From Takakia lepidozioides (taxonomy: Eukaryota; Plantae; Bryophyta), in assembly GCA_030704615.1 (NCBI GenBank), contig CM060731.1:40176001-40240000 (forward strand): a stretch of 64,000 nt of DNA, in the 5' to 3' direction. Shown here one piece after another: positions 1 to 11,917 of the stretch. Numbering within the stretch: position 1 is the first letter of the stretch; each line of letters opens with the position of its first letter. The position numbers and the translations under genes were made by a program. The notes under the pieces are model-generated. The model had not been told where the DNA came from. It ran no database searches and saw only the letters and a program-made list of their open reading frames with translations.

Positions 1-317
1 ATAATAACTCATGCTTCAGGAACCAGAAGCTTGAGGAATGTAATAACAGTGCATTGCTACTTCATAGGTAGGGAAGTATACGCACATGCCGTCTGGCGAA
101 ACAACACGGTACGTATGAAAAGCATGGCCGTTGAGGTGTTCTTCAGGCACTTTCATTTCTTCGATTTGAAAGTAACACTTGCAAGAGAGCAAGCAACGGT
201 GAAATATTAATCCCCAATCCTTAAGTAGGCAGAGGTTTTTAGTATCCAAATGTCGTTGTGAAAAGAGCTCCTGAAGAATGACCACTTGAACATACAATTA
301 CAAGACTAGATACCGAC

Positions 318-823
318 CTGAGACGCTCTGCGTCAGCTCGAATGTCAATCTCCTCAGTTTCTCAAGCAATGGCGGCCACAATTCCAGAGGTATATGCAGC
401 TAAAGCCTGTAGTAGCAAAGGGGGGGTCTTCAGCGACGTAAGCGCAGTCTCTCGCACCTCCTCTGGTATGTTGTCCCCGTCCACCTCGAACCCAAGCTTG
501 GCCACTTCCAGTTGGGTATGGTCCGGGTGGCTTCCCCCACCATCGTAAGCAGTAAAGGTCGTCCTTATTTTATGTGTTAGATCCTCAGCAAGGGCCTCAC
601 AGGCTTGACGGATGGATCTCTCTCGTGGAGTCTCGGCCAAACCTGATTAGTTGGCTGGCCACTTTTCGCTGGCCCATGAAGAAAGTCAGGACTACAATCA
701 GGGGACCCAGTTTTTCCGCTCTGTGCTCCCTGGCATGCATGAAGTTGACGTGAGTACTCCGCAAAAATACGAGTAGTCTGCTCAACCCGGTGCTCATAGG
801 ATTCCATCAACACCTGCTTATGC
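318..823 (-). pseudogene. AUG5: AUGMIN subunit 5 pseudogene, exon 2 (gene continues left of window)
   Basis: AG acceptor at 824-825. Reads HKQVLMESYEHRVEQTTRIFAEY.., AETPRERSIRQACEALA..IRTTFTAYDG, ..LQALAAYT..IA*ETEEIDIRADAERLR. Contains frameshifts and a TGA. GT donor at 317. Confidence 0.8.
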
Positions 824-1241
824 CTACAAACGAAAATAAAATCAATCCCTGGTACAAGAAAACCTTGCTCAAAGAATCCAGCTATTAAAAGTTGTACGTT
901 TTCTCTATCAATATCGTTTATTAATCTACTCGTAGCATCTAAAGGTGCAGCGGCTCAGGCTGAAATGCAAGACGCCACACCAACCAAACACATCAAAATC
1001 TCCATGCAAGGAAGCTCAAATGCCGTCTTCCGTGAAGACTACACAGACAATATCTACCCGAAACAGACCCCATTCCAAACTCCGAAACGAGGAGCTGGGC
1101 TTCAAAATGTGGTAGCCGTTGATACTAATTCCTAAGTCTGCTGAGAATACTGAGTACGATAGCCTCACATTTTTAAAACCACTCAAATGCTGAGCTACCA
1201 TGGCCAAATACAACTCATGGCACACAAAGAGAAAACGTATG

Positions 1242-1390
1242 TGATGAAACCCTGTAAGACTTTATTTACAACATGTACAATGGGTGAACGTGCATATGAT
1301 GTGAAGTTCCAAAAAAGGGGGGGGAGGAACAAGAAACAAGAGAAGAAAACAAAAAGCTATAGTAAGCTACTCAGCTAGAGAAAAAAACAA
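1242..1390. repeat. Left inverted terminal repeat (3' end of CRE-like element)
   Basis: Reverse complement of ~5273-5426. Carries AATAAA on the minus strand. The subrepeat aagctatagtaagctactca occurs three times over ~1353-1448. Confidence 0.85.
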
Positions 1391-4300
1391 AAGCTATAGT
1401 AAGCTACTCAATCAGCGACGAAAACAGAAGCTATAGTAAACTACTCAAGTAGAGCGACCCTCCCAGCCAACAGCCTGGAGGAGATCAGGCAAGGAGATAG
1501 GCAAAGTGTCAGGGAGAGGCGGAAGACGAGATGACGCGGAGCTAGCCACATCAGCCCGATGCAAAATAGAGATGGCTTGTGCTCTCTACAAAGCAACTGA
1601 AACATAGTAGGCGACAAGGACAGAGGCATGTGGGATGCCAGTGGACCCGCTCTTGGCTGCATGATGTGCACATGTCCGTAGGAAATCGTCGAAGTGCCGG
1701 TGCAATGAGCCAAATATTTCGACCGCCAGTGGAAGAAATGTGTCGGTGGGGTGACGATCGTTGTAGTCGCGCTCCTTGGCCTGGGCTGCTACAGTGGCTG
1801 CCGTGCCTGGTGTAGTAGCTGCGCGAGATAGCAGATCCGCTCGAGTGGGGCCGGCGAGAATGACATCTGCTAAGGTACGCAAACCATCTCTAGATAGGAC
1901 GATGTCAACACGGCGGCGTGTAGAGTGGGACGTGAGCGTGGGTCGTAGATGTGGTTGCTCACGCAGTACATGATACCCTGCCTCCCGAGCAATAGATGCC
2001 ACCGCATCGCGAACCATATCATGAGCCGCAGTGCGCTCACCACCACATGGATAGCGGAGGAGATGGATGACAAGGTCATCGATGGGCTGAAGACAGATGC
2101 AGCGCTAAAGGCCCAATGCCGAAGGATGAGGCAAACCGAGTCGAAGGCGGAGCGCAGTAGTGAAAATAGGGGATGAGAGGCAAAAATGTGCGATAGTGGG
2201 TCGTGCTGTCAACCATGCCCCTGCTCCGGGTTCTGCGCATGATAGAAGTCGGGCTCAATGCAACTCAGAAGAAGCACTTGAGAGCATGCCGGAAAAGGAA
2301 TGACGGTGCACACGCTCAGAAATGGACTCCTGAAGATGGTCGAGGCCTTGAGCAACCAACTGCTCAAATGGTGGTAGACATGCTCGCGTCGGTACCAGAA
2401 GAAAATCTCGTGCAGAACGGAGATGCTGCTGGAAGGGTAAAATGCCACTATCGTCATGTGCAACGGCGTCCATAAGGATGGGACGATGGTCGCAGAGAAA
2501 TCGTAAAGCGAGGGCTGGCGCCACCAATGCCCAACTGCCGAGGAAAGCTGACGGGGCGGTAGTGACAGTGGACAAAAGACCCACACCACCGGAAAAGACG
2601 GGCAAGGTGGCTTGCTGTCGTGGCAAAAGTCCCTAAGCACCCTCCAGAGCTCCTGGTCCTAACAATCTCCCGAAGATAGTCATCATGGTAGTATCAAACC
2701 CAGATAAGAGGTGTAGGAAATCTGGGCTGGGTGGAACAGTGCGCAAGACATATGAGGGACGCTGAAGGAAACATTTGGTCAAGATTCCATATGCTACATG
2801 TACATCTCCGAGCCTAGGAAGGAGATCGGCGTGGGTTGCATCCTGGTGGAGTGCATCTTCCAAGAAGGACGTTGTGAACTGGGTGGTGCCAAAAGGGAGG
2901 ATTCTGATGCCAGCGAAGCAATGAAGTGAGCAGGGAGGACAAAATCTGCAGGGAGACCGGACGGGGACCACACCGCACATTTGCAAGGTTGCACTGAAAG
3001 GCCCACGGCAGAGAGTTGGGTGACAAAATGATAGTAAGCTGAAAGTACCTGTGAGGCAGGGCCTACAATGTGCGAGTCGTCTGCCACTGATGGAAAAAGA
3101 CAAGATGAGTGAACTTGTGCAGAAGCCGTGAGGGCGCGGACATGAGCCATGACAAACAAAGGTCCTCCTAAAGGGTCGCCTTGGCGGGTCCCAACCTCGG
3201 ACTGAATGATGGAGCACTCACCTAGGCGAGAATGATGACTATAGTATAGGGGAGTGGTGGATGCATAGAATAATCGAACAAACGGAATGAGCTGGTGGAA
3301 ATCTCCTCCGGCTGAACGGAGCTCCTGAAAGATAGCCGCTCGTGACACAATGTTGAAAGCATTGGTGACGTCGACCTGGAGAACCACCCAATCTGGATGA
3401 AGATCAAGAGCTGCACGAATCCCCTGAACCTCCGCCTTGCAACCGCCTGGAGTGGCGACCCCGAACTGGTGCGGAAAGAGGTGTCCGGAGAAGGCATCTC
3501 GAAACTTAAGACAAAGTGAGAGGCTGGCAAGGCGGTAAAGAACCTCTCCAATTGCGATAGGGCGGATGCCAGTACCTGAGGGTTTGCTCATAGCCAACAA
3601 TCTAGAGGCCCCAAGGAGATGGGCCACTGGGGCAGGGATACGGCCAGCAGCAATAAAGGAGCAAATCTGAAAGAGCTGAGAGAAGCCACTAGCAGAGTCA
3701 TGTGGAGAAAAACAGTCGCGTAAGTGCTCATACAGAGACCGGAAGGACCTGCTGCTGCAAGATGGGGACTGCGCGTGAAGGCTTGAGTGAAGTCCTCCCG
3801 ATCTAGCTTGAGATCCTGGTTTGGCTCGAAGTCCTCAACAAAAAACGGCAGAATATCCTGAGCTGATGGGTGAAGGGCTTCGAGGGCAGTGACAGTATCC
3901 GGTGATGGAGGCGCTGGTGAGGAAGGTGCTAAAGCCTTGGCCGCGTGAGTACTCGCCAACGCGGCCTAACATGAAACTATGACGAAGTCGCCTGTGGGCC
4001 GATGAGGGTGGCTGCGTGGAGAAAGCGGGAGGGGCGCGTGCCGCAAGGGCTAGTGCCCGTAATTGATGCTCATCTTGCAGACTCTCCCAATCTCCAGATA
4101 AAAAACGGCGAAGACGGATGCGCGTCTCTCTGTGCCTTGACTGACCGCCACGAGGAGGCAAAACCAAACACCACTGAGGAAATAACAAGAAAAGATACCA
4201 TGCTGGTATATCATCAGGATCACGAGCCAGCCTGTCTAAGGGTAGACGGAGTGCCAGTTGGACCTCATGACGTAGTGCCACCGGAATTCTTGTATAAAGA

Positions 4301-5272
4301 CGAGGCCTTGGCAGTCCTAGCTGAAATGCGCCCAGAACATCTAGCGCTGAAAGCCAATGCCAAGCAGAGGCAGGAGGTGGCGCGTGCAAGACACTGGGCT
4401 GAAATGAAGAAGTACCATTTGTGTGGGACTGATGAAGAGCCGCACACGTGCGCTGGTGTCGCGCAAGCCCTCTGATGCGCGCAAAAAGACAACCGCAAAC
4501 TAGGCATGGGGTACGGTCTGATGGGAGAGGCGCCTGCTGTTGGGGTAAGAGTGATGGGGTCAGCAATGCAGGTTGCACAACTGGAGAAGAAGGCACGTGG
4601 AGAGGCTCATGACCAAGAGGAGTTGGGCTGCCTTAAAGCCGCTGCCGAGAATGGGATGGAGAACCTGGAGGAGAAGTGACTGGCGTGGGACCTCGAACCC
4701 TACCTGAGAGGCGCAGTGGGGGAGGGCTCAACAGACACTGTGGGGGTTCTTCGGTCGGTGGGGCGCCAATGAAAGAACCTGGAATCAGCGGTGGAGAAGA
4801 CCGTTGTGAAGATGACGACTCTTCTTGAACTTGGTGTCTGGAGCTTGGACTCTGGTGCGCATCAGGAACATGTGAGCTAGGGGTAGGGGTACGTTGGCGT
4901 TGGGGTCTTCCAAGAGGAGGAGGTCTTCCAGTAGGAGCAGTTGCGGCTGTGTTCAACACCTCTCGTTGCTCTGGGAGTGAACTGCCAGGGATGGTGGAGT
5001 AGGCAGTAAAGGGGTTGTGGTGAGGGCTAGAGTTGGCTGCCTGTACGGCGTCAGGGCTGAACGAGCTGGGGGACGAGCTGATCGAGGCCGCCTGACCGGC
5101 GTGGGGCCCACTGTTGCACAACGGCCATTTGCTCGCTTAGCGCGGCTACCGCTGTCGCTACTGCCAACACCTCCACTAAGTTGGCGGCGCTGCAGGCCTC
5201 GCCGAGGTCTGGCGGCGACGCCGCTCATCGTATTTCTCGTGTCCACGCTCGTCAGACTCATCGTACTATACC

Positions 5273-5426
5273 TCTTGTTTTCTTCTCTAGCTGAGTAGCT
5301 TACTAGAGCTTTTTGTTTTCTTCTCTTGTTTCTTGTTCCTCCCCCCCCCTTTTCTTAGGAACTTCTCATCCTATGTACGTTCACCCATTGTACATGTTGT
5401 AAATAAAGTCTTACAGGGTCTCATCA
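5273..5426. repeat. Right inverted terminal repeat (5' end of CRE-like element)
   Basis: ...cacccattgtacatgttgtaaataaagtcttacagggtctcatca is the reverse complement of the left end starting at 1242, with few mismatches. Confidence 0.85.
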
Positions 5427-5497
5427 AACCAGAAAGTCAAGTGGAGAAAACGTGAATTGTCGACTATGATCAACACCGAAGTCGAGAGTGCACAGAC

Positions 5498-6121
5498 CTG
5501 GAATCAGATCTATCATCCAGACCTCGCTGCCGTTCACCCTCCTCCTTGGTAACGTCCATCATGCGAGACTTGATATCCTTCACCAGCCTTTCAATTGTCA
5601 CTCTCAGCCCCCATTGCAACATCCCTGTCACGCATGGCCACTTCTCTGGAATCCTCTGCTCCTTCAGACTGCAGCGCTCTGTCCACTTCCTTCTCCTTCT
5701 CTGGCAGCTCCTTCACCAGGCTTCTAGCTGGGACCCTGCCCCTCCTCTCACTACCCGGTGTCTTTGCCGGAGTGCCATCTCTCCTCAAACCCTCTCTCTC
5801 ACTTTTAGGTGTCTTTGGCCGGTCCTTAGGAGCGTCTCTCTTGCTCTCTCCAGCACTCTCTTTCACCTCCAAGCTCTCAGGTTTCAGAACCGATGCAGAT
5901 GGAATTGTAGTGCCATGGATAACGAAGTTGCGACGAGTTGCTTTGTTTGTCTTCTCAGACTTCACTCTCTCCAGCAAAAAATTCCACACGGGGATCATGT
6001 TGCCTCGACAGATTTTTGCGAAGGGCGTCTACAAAGGGAACGTTCTAGTACCCCATTTCCTGTTGCAGCCATTTCAGGACGGTCTCGGCTTGCGGGGTAC
6101 TAAGTTACTGTTGGACTGCAT
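5498..6121 (-). pseudogene. AUG5: AUGMIN subunit 5 (HAUS5) pseudogene, exon 1
   Basis: ATG at 6121. Across frameshifts it reads [80 protein letters not shown], matching the plant AUG5 N-terminus (LEWLQKEMGY / [22 protein letters not shown]). It has an in-frame stop and indels. GT donor at 5497. Confidence 0.85.
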
Positions 6122-7206
6122 TTTGAAAACCAAATGCAGCTAGCTCTTTCACCAAGACTCTCTCCCCAGTTCCAACGTACGTCCACTCCGTGCATCAACT
6201 CAGTCTGACAGAACGCCTGACATCAATGCTATGGTATTCCTTCAAAAACCGCTAACTTGCTCAGAAAGAAGCTTATGTGAAACGCTATCCACAAAACTAC
6301 AGCTAACGACTCCCTACCTATCTGCCCCCGCGTGTGTATATACCTATATCATTGCATCTCTCCCTCACTGCTTCTACCTCTAGTTGCAGGGAAAATTGCG
6401 TCGAAATGTATAATTCTATGTCAGTGTCTTTACATCAGCTAACGTGTGTAGAAACGCTCTGGTACATAACATCGCTGCTGCCAGAAAACCACCGCAAGAG
6501 CAAGGACACAGAGTTGCAACGGGGCCATTTGGTACAAGAGCACTTTCAAAATGGTGAGAACGCCTTCCAGTTCACAACACTTGGCCATTGAAGTCCGCAA
6601 TCAAGAAGAGCTGCTGCATTTCAAACCAACACTGATTGGAAGCTCCTCAACTAATTCCCGCACACGGAAATGCAGGCAATGCTAACACTCGCATCTGTAA
6701 ACTCTCCCGCACCGTCAAGGGTCTCAAGCCTTCATTCTTAAAAGAGCCATCTGAGCAACTTCCATCTATTATGGAGTCTGCCTCCTTCGAATAAAATGGA
6801 ACAGAATGGTCCAAGCCTGGAATGTTAGAGACCTGCAGTCTTAGGGATATGTTGCAGCCAGTGGGTAGGGAATATTGGTCAGTGGTTCAACTTCACCTAT
6901 CTTAAGACAGATCCAATCAGCATACCAGTCTTCAATTGCCATGGGCTTGTCTATCTGATACACACGAATTTTGAGTCTCTCCACCAAGGGGTTAGTAACC
7001 TGCAGAGAACATCCCTGTGAGGCTCAAATATCTGCTTTGATGGCAAAGTGTGACATCTCATGAGTACATCCATCTATGTATGTCTCTTCCTAACCCCATC
7101 CTGAAGGGATAGTATTTGTAGATGCAAAATGCAACTTATTTTGACAGGGTTGTTGTGAACCGAAATGTCCCATTGACTCTGTAAATTACAGCGAGCACGG
7201 TAAAAA

Positions 7207-7512
7207 GCCATGGCAACTACATGCAAGGGATTCCGTCCTCTGCCCCATGCAAAGGAGCTCTGCAAGGTAGCTCGTTAGGTGGATCTATGGTTGTTTGGAG
7301 TGATTTTTTCATGTTACTGCCACAGTCAATCATCCAAAAGCAGAAACAGAGCTGAGGAGAAGCTTTGGAAGGTATATTTTCAGACCCCGGTCAAATGCGG
7401 GACAATCGAGGCAAAGAGGTGAATGCTTGTTAAATTACAAAGAGAAGCAGACACCAAGATGCATCACAAAGCCTTCTTGGAAATTGTCGTCCACTCTCTC
7501 TCTACCAGCACA
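7207..7512. pseudogene. Rearranged fragments paralogous to the PDF-PPR gene 5' region
   Basis: 7207-7253 is an inverted copy of ~33452-33498 (exon 1). 7255-7512 is a direct copy of ~34745-35002 (intron 5, exon 6 EEKLWK..DP.Q..DNR, intron 6), decayed. Confidence 0.75.
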
Positions 7513-7780
7513 TTCTCTTTGAAAATGTAACAGCAGTTTTTGGCCGTATGCGCCTGGGCAAGTTACAGGCTCATAGGTTCCAACATGGATGGTTTAGAGA
7601 CCCTCCTCTCACATGATTCAATAGAAAATGTCCCAGACTAATGAGTAGACGTGAAAGAGACTTGAGTTCACACTCGTGTATTGGAGCATGGAAATCAGAT
7701 ATGTTTCCCTTCTGCACACTTGCGTATCACATGCCCATGACGTACCTGAAGCACATGCAAGTGTATTTGACCTTTGAAAC

Positions 7781-8250
7781 TCAGGCCCATACAAAATGCC
7801 ACTTCAATTTATTTGCATTCACCATAGCGACCCAAGTCTCTATGAAAGTAAGAAATAACAAAGCAAAGGCGCCGATCACACTGAGGGTCAGCCATGGTTT
7901 GGCACAAAATAAGGACCAACGTTCTGGTCGCCACCGTTTCAAGCGCACTTTGCCATGCTTGCGAATGTCTTCATGAAGTTTACCCATGTTGAGGATGGGG
8001 AGGGGGAGAAGACTCCCTCCAATATCCGGTTCCACATTTGTACAGCAGTTTCGTTGTTAATGCAACTGTTGATCACCCTGTACTCCGTTAATAGTTCCAT
8101 ATCCTCAACATTGTTAATCAAGTAACCTAGAAAGTAACACCTGAAATCACCACAGTGTGCATTTGCAAGTTGCTCATAGATCGCAAGGTTTCGAAACACC
8201 AGTGCAGTATTGTCATATATGCTGAGTTTTGGCAATGGGAAGCTTGCATT
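7781..8250 (-). pseudogene. DUF247/UPF0481 family C-terminal fragment
   Basis: LPKLSIYDNTALVFRNLAIYEQ..LINNVEDMELL..VI..AVQMWNRI, then after a frameshift KPWLTLSVIGAFALLFLTFIET (C-terminal TM helix). This is the typical DUF247 C-terminus. No N-terminal part was found. Confidence 0.7.
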
Positions 8251-8485
8251 CGCGACATACCCCCATGAACTGAGAGATACTACTGAAATGGCCCAAAAGT
8301 TGTGCCCCAATACACGTACATAACTGAGGACTAATATGGACTAGTCACCAAAATACAGTGGTGCGACAATTGAATACTGGAGTTGCAACAACGGCATTCC
8401 AAATATTGGATTTACTGAACATTCATTGAAATATATGAGACTGAAATCTGAATTTGGATCAACAAACATGTAGTTCCGTATTTAA

Positions 8486-9711
8486 CCCTTAAGTGTCAAA
8501 CCGACCCGTTTTGGGTTGGTTAGGTTTCTTTAACCAGCCATAACTTCCTGTGGTTAAGGCTGATTGGCCTTTTTTTTGGCTCAATTGACAAATAATCGGG
8601 TCCCCCTTCATATGGCACTGGCCAATTGGTCAATGCCTGAAGGGGTAGGGATCTCGATCTATTGGAAGGGGCCAACACAGCTTTTGAGGCCATTTTGGCA
8701 CCCCTAACCTGCCCAAGTTGCTGACATGGCAACTGCGGTCAGGTTAGGGTGAATGAATGATACCCCATAAAGGGATGGGCGGCACGCTTCCCCAGACCCA
8801 TTGATTGCCCGGTGGGTATGGTGGCCTGCGCAGGTCTGGGTATTCCTAGGCTGCATCCTAACCTGAGATCGACGGAGATGGCTGCTCCAGCCAACACGAT
8901 GGGCTCATAGCAGGGCAGATTGGAGGGAGTGCAGCCGCGATGGCGGCAAAGCTCGCGGCTCAAGAAAATCTCGGGTGGGCCAAACCCAGGCAGGGGGTTT
9001 GATAGGGTTGCGGGTGGAGTGGCCCCCCATGAAAGCAGGGCCGGGTAGCCAGAGGAGCTCCCAAACCCCGCGCCCTTCTGGGCTACGGATCCAAATATCC
9101 TAGGCCTGCAGGCTATACCAAAGGTGTGCCATTTGAAGTCTTGGGCAGGGAACCTAAGGATGCGGTGCATTGGCTGATTGGCCTCAAAGTTTTTCGGGGA
9201 CTTCATATGGAAGCCCATGACATTTCAACCAGAGGGATTGGGGATTGACCGGCTGAATTTTTTTGTATAATTTTAGGAAGAGAGATTTTGGCTTGCCCAA
9301 AGAAAATGGCATATTTTGACCCCCCAATTTGTAACTACAAAGGAGCCCACTTGAGAACATTTCAGAAAAAACTGAAATTTTATGTGAATGTGTGTTATCA
9401 GGTATGGAACAACATTCTTGAGACTCTCAAACAGAAAAAATAAAAAATGCCCAAATACGAGCAAAAACTGCTTTTTTTGGCACCTAGTTCTTAGTGGAGA
9501 TTTTTTTTTGTCCCCACTCTACACTTTATAATCTTCAGATCTGGCAGTTGGATTTTGGTGAAACTTTTTGTGGTAGGAGGTGGGGTAGGTGGGAAGTAAT
9601 TCCAACGGTCAGTTTTACATAAACACGGAGATTCTCTAGATAAATTGTTTTCTTTCGGCCAGGGTCATGTTTTTCCACGAGAGGGTGAAAATGAGTTTTG
9701 ACACTTGAGGG
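8486..9711. mobile_element. Non-autonomous piggyBac-type (TTAA) DNA transposon
   Basis: TTAA at 8482-8485 and 9712-9715. TIRs cccttaagtgtcaaa / tttgacacttgaggg match at 14/15 and have CCC...GGG ends. No transposase motif inside. Confidence 0.7.
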
Positions 9712-10961
9712 TTAACCCCCTTTCAGATAACCCATGGGGCACACAAGAGGGACACGTCACCCCCTAACCGACAGGTCACGAAACAAACCATATACCTGCA
9801 GGAAGGAGTCCCTTTTTTTTTTCAAGAGTGTAAGGTTATTTTTTCCTTACCTTTCAATAAAGTTTCCCAAGGCTACCATCCGGCTAAGGAACAAGGTACC
9901 ACTCCGAGCCTTTTAATTTTTTTTTTAAAAATGGACAAAGAATAGAAGGTTCCTTGAATATGTAAAGCAGGTTAATTCGGACCCGGTTAATTCTAGAGTG
10001 GTCCAGGAATTAGCGTGGTCCAGGAGTTAAAAGAGGGGGCCAATGTAATAAGGCCACATGTATTAATTAACGAAATGAAGGGTCCGAAAATTAAGGATCC
10101 CAAGGCGTTAATCGGAAAGGTCAGAAAAAGGCGAATGGCCCAGCCAATGGGGAAGGCGGGCTGGGCCACTGGAGCGTGCGAATAATGAGGGCAGGTGTAG
10201 GTCCCCGCGTAGAAATAGGGGAAAGTTCTAGAAAAAACGACAAGGCGGTGGGCTCTGGAACATTCTAGAATAACCTACGGTCTAGAAACTTTTGGAGCTT
10301 TGAAGAACGACGAGAGAAGTGGTGCTAGGAGGGTGGTGGGGCAGTGAGTTGTTGTAGCAGGAACATGGAGTGGTGGGAGATAGGATGGTGGGACCCAATG
10401 GGTTGCTCCAGGGCTACTAGGGTAGTGGCTGCTCTAGGACGTCGTATCGAGCACCCTTTTTAGATATGTGGTTCAGACAATCCTTATGTGCTTGAAGGTG
10501 CATAGTGTAAGTAGATCAAAAATGGGGGTTGTGCTTCAACTGTAGTTGTCATGACGGCTTGCTAGGCTCTCAATCAAAATGACCTCCTTTATTAGATTGA
10601 GGTTGTTCTTTGAGGCTTGCTATGTAAATTGTTTAAACTGTTTATATTTATATTTATATATGAGCCGAACCATCAGCTATTTAATGGAAAGCTCAATAAG
10701 CCTAACCGTCCAACACTCATTGAAATTTTGGCAAGAACTTTAGAAAATGCACTGAAAATGATCGTAGTGGATCTTTCTAGGGCTATGCAGCCACGTGTCA
10801 TGCTCATTAAACTTTGATGATGGTTGGTTGTCCACAAAGAAGTCTCTAGTCAGGACAAGTAACCGACCTTCCAAGACGCCTCCGAAGACAGTCAAGCCAA
10901 ATAACCAACCTTCCAACACGCTCGGTGTGCAAGCTTCAACAAGCAATGACAGTGACAAATG

Positions 10962-11151
10962 TGTCGTGCGCATACATATCGCTACACAACTACATCGCTG
11001 TCCAAAACCACACAACACATGTGCACACCACACACTAGTATACTACTAGTCCACCACTAGTCCAGCCACTAGTCCAACCACTAGGCTACAACTAGTCAGT
11101 CACTAGGCTGCCACTACGCTGCCCACTATGGCAGTCACTAGTCCACACAAT
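10962..11151 (-). repeat. Terminal repeat B2 (190 bp)
   Basis: Identical by eye to 11470-11659. Rich in cactag(t) subrepeats. Confidence 0.9.
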
Positions 11152-11467
11152 GATAAAGAAGAAGAATACAAGCACAAGCTCACAAATCTGAAGCATAAAC
11201 TCATGCATATATAACCTCATCACTCAAATACAAGTCAAGCCAAGTGCACCCCACGCCATGGGGAATCCACACTACGGCGCCATAGCTAGGCGCAGTGAGG
11301 CTCAACTCGAGAAAGATGAGCCTCATGCGCTTGCCGTGAAGATAACCACTCCAGGGCCTAAATCTGCCTTGACCCCTGGATTGACACTTGGGCCAATCCC
11401 AAATGTCAATATGTAAAAGCTAGCTATTTCCTAGCTAGTTTCACACTAGTGGTAAAATAACTTGACA
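11151..11467 (-). repeat. Terminal repeat A2 (317 bp)
   Basis: Matches 22117-22433 with one mismatch seen (catatata vs catacata). Confidence 0.9.
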
Positions 11468-11469
11468 GC

Positions 11470-11659
11470 TGTCGTGCGCATACATATCGCTACACAACTA
11501 CATCGCTGTCCAAAACCACACAACACATGTGCACACCACACACTAGTATACTACTAGTCCACCACTAGTCCAGCCACTAGTCCAACCACTAGGCTACAAC
11601 TAGTCAGTCACTAGGCTGCCACTACGCTGCCCACTATGGCAGTCACTAGTCCACACAAT
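11470..11659 (-). repeat. Terminal repeat B1 (190 bp), preceded in sense by a polypurine tract
   Basis: Copy of 10962-11151. The sense strand reads ctaGGGGGGcg-at-TGtgtgg at its start. Confidence 0.9.
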
Positions 11660-11917
11660 CGCCCCCCTAGCTGGTGCTTAGGTCCCTCTAAGTCCAGGTA
11701 GCCACAAGATGTGATAGTGACCATAGCCTCACTAAGTCCTCCACCACTATCCCTACTACACTCAAACTCGATAGATCAAGAGGCCGGGTGCAAGAGTTGC
11801 CCCATCGTTAGTCGCCGTCTTGCAACCTGTGAACTTGAGCTTGGGATCTCATGTATTGACTCCTATGAGCTTGGCCTCCTATGTCTTGTTAGCTGCCTCC
11901 AGTCATGTCCACTGCCA

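Larger units (their letters stand above)
1242..5426 (-). mobile_element. CRE/R2-type (RLE) non-LTR retrotransposon with inverted terminal repeats, inside AUG5 intron 1
   Basis: Frameshifted ORF ~5261-1586. N-terminal zinc finger CLVCGCLFARIRGLARHQRTC. RT motifs GIRPIAIGEVLYRLA, QFGVATPGG, QVDVTNAFN, GTRQGDPLG, ADDSHIVG. RLE motifs HDMVRDA..RRVDIV..LADV..AKERDY..FLPLAVEIFG. Termini TGATGA...TCATCA. Confidence 0.85.

Noticed and set aside
5355-5426. Hammerhead-like core in the ITR (TGATGA-gACCC...GGGT-GAAC on the minus strand)
   Set aside because: It lacks the C of CUGAUGA and one A of GAAA, and there is no convincing stem I or III.
8739-9218. 159-aa ORF inside the TTAA element
   Set aside because: No transposase or other recognisable motif.
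9970-10048. Possible pogo/mariner-like terminus (..aagagggggccaatgta)
   Set aside because: No matching second TIR found in the window.
10953-10962. 10-bp match tgacaaatgt at both element boundaries as a long TSD or recombination site
   Set aside because: A2 and the second copy show that ttgaca belongs to the element, so the TSD is the 4-bp AATG. The extra match is treated as chance.
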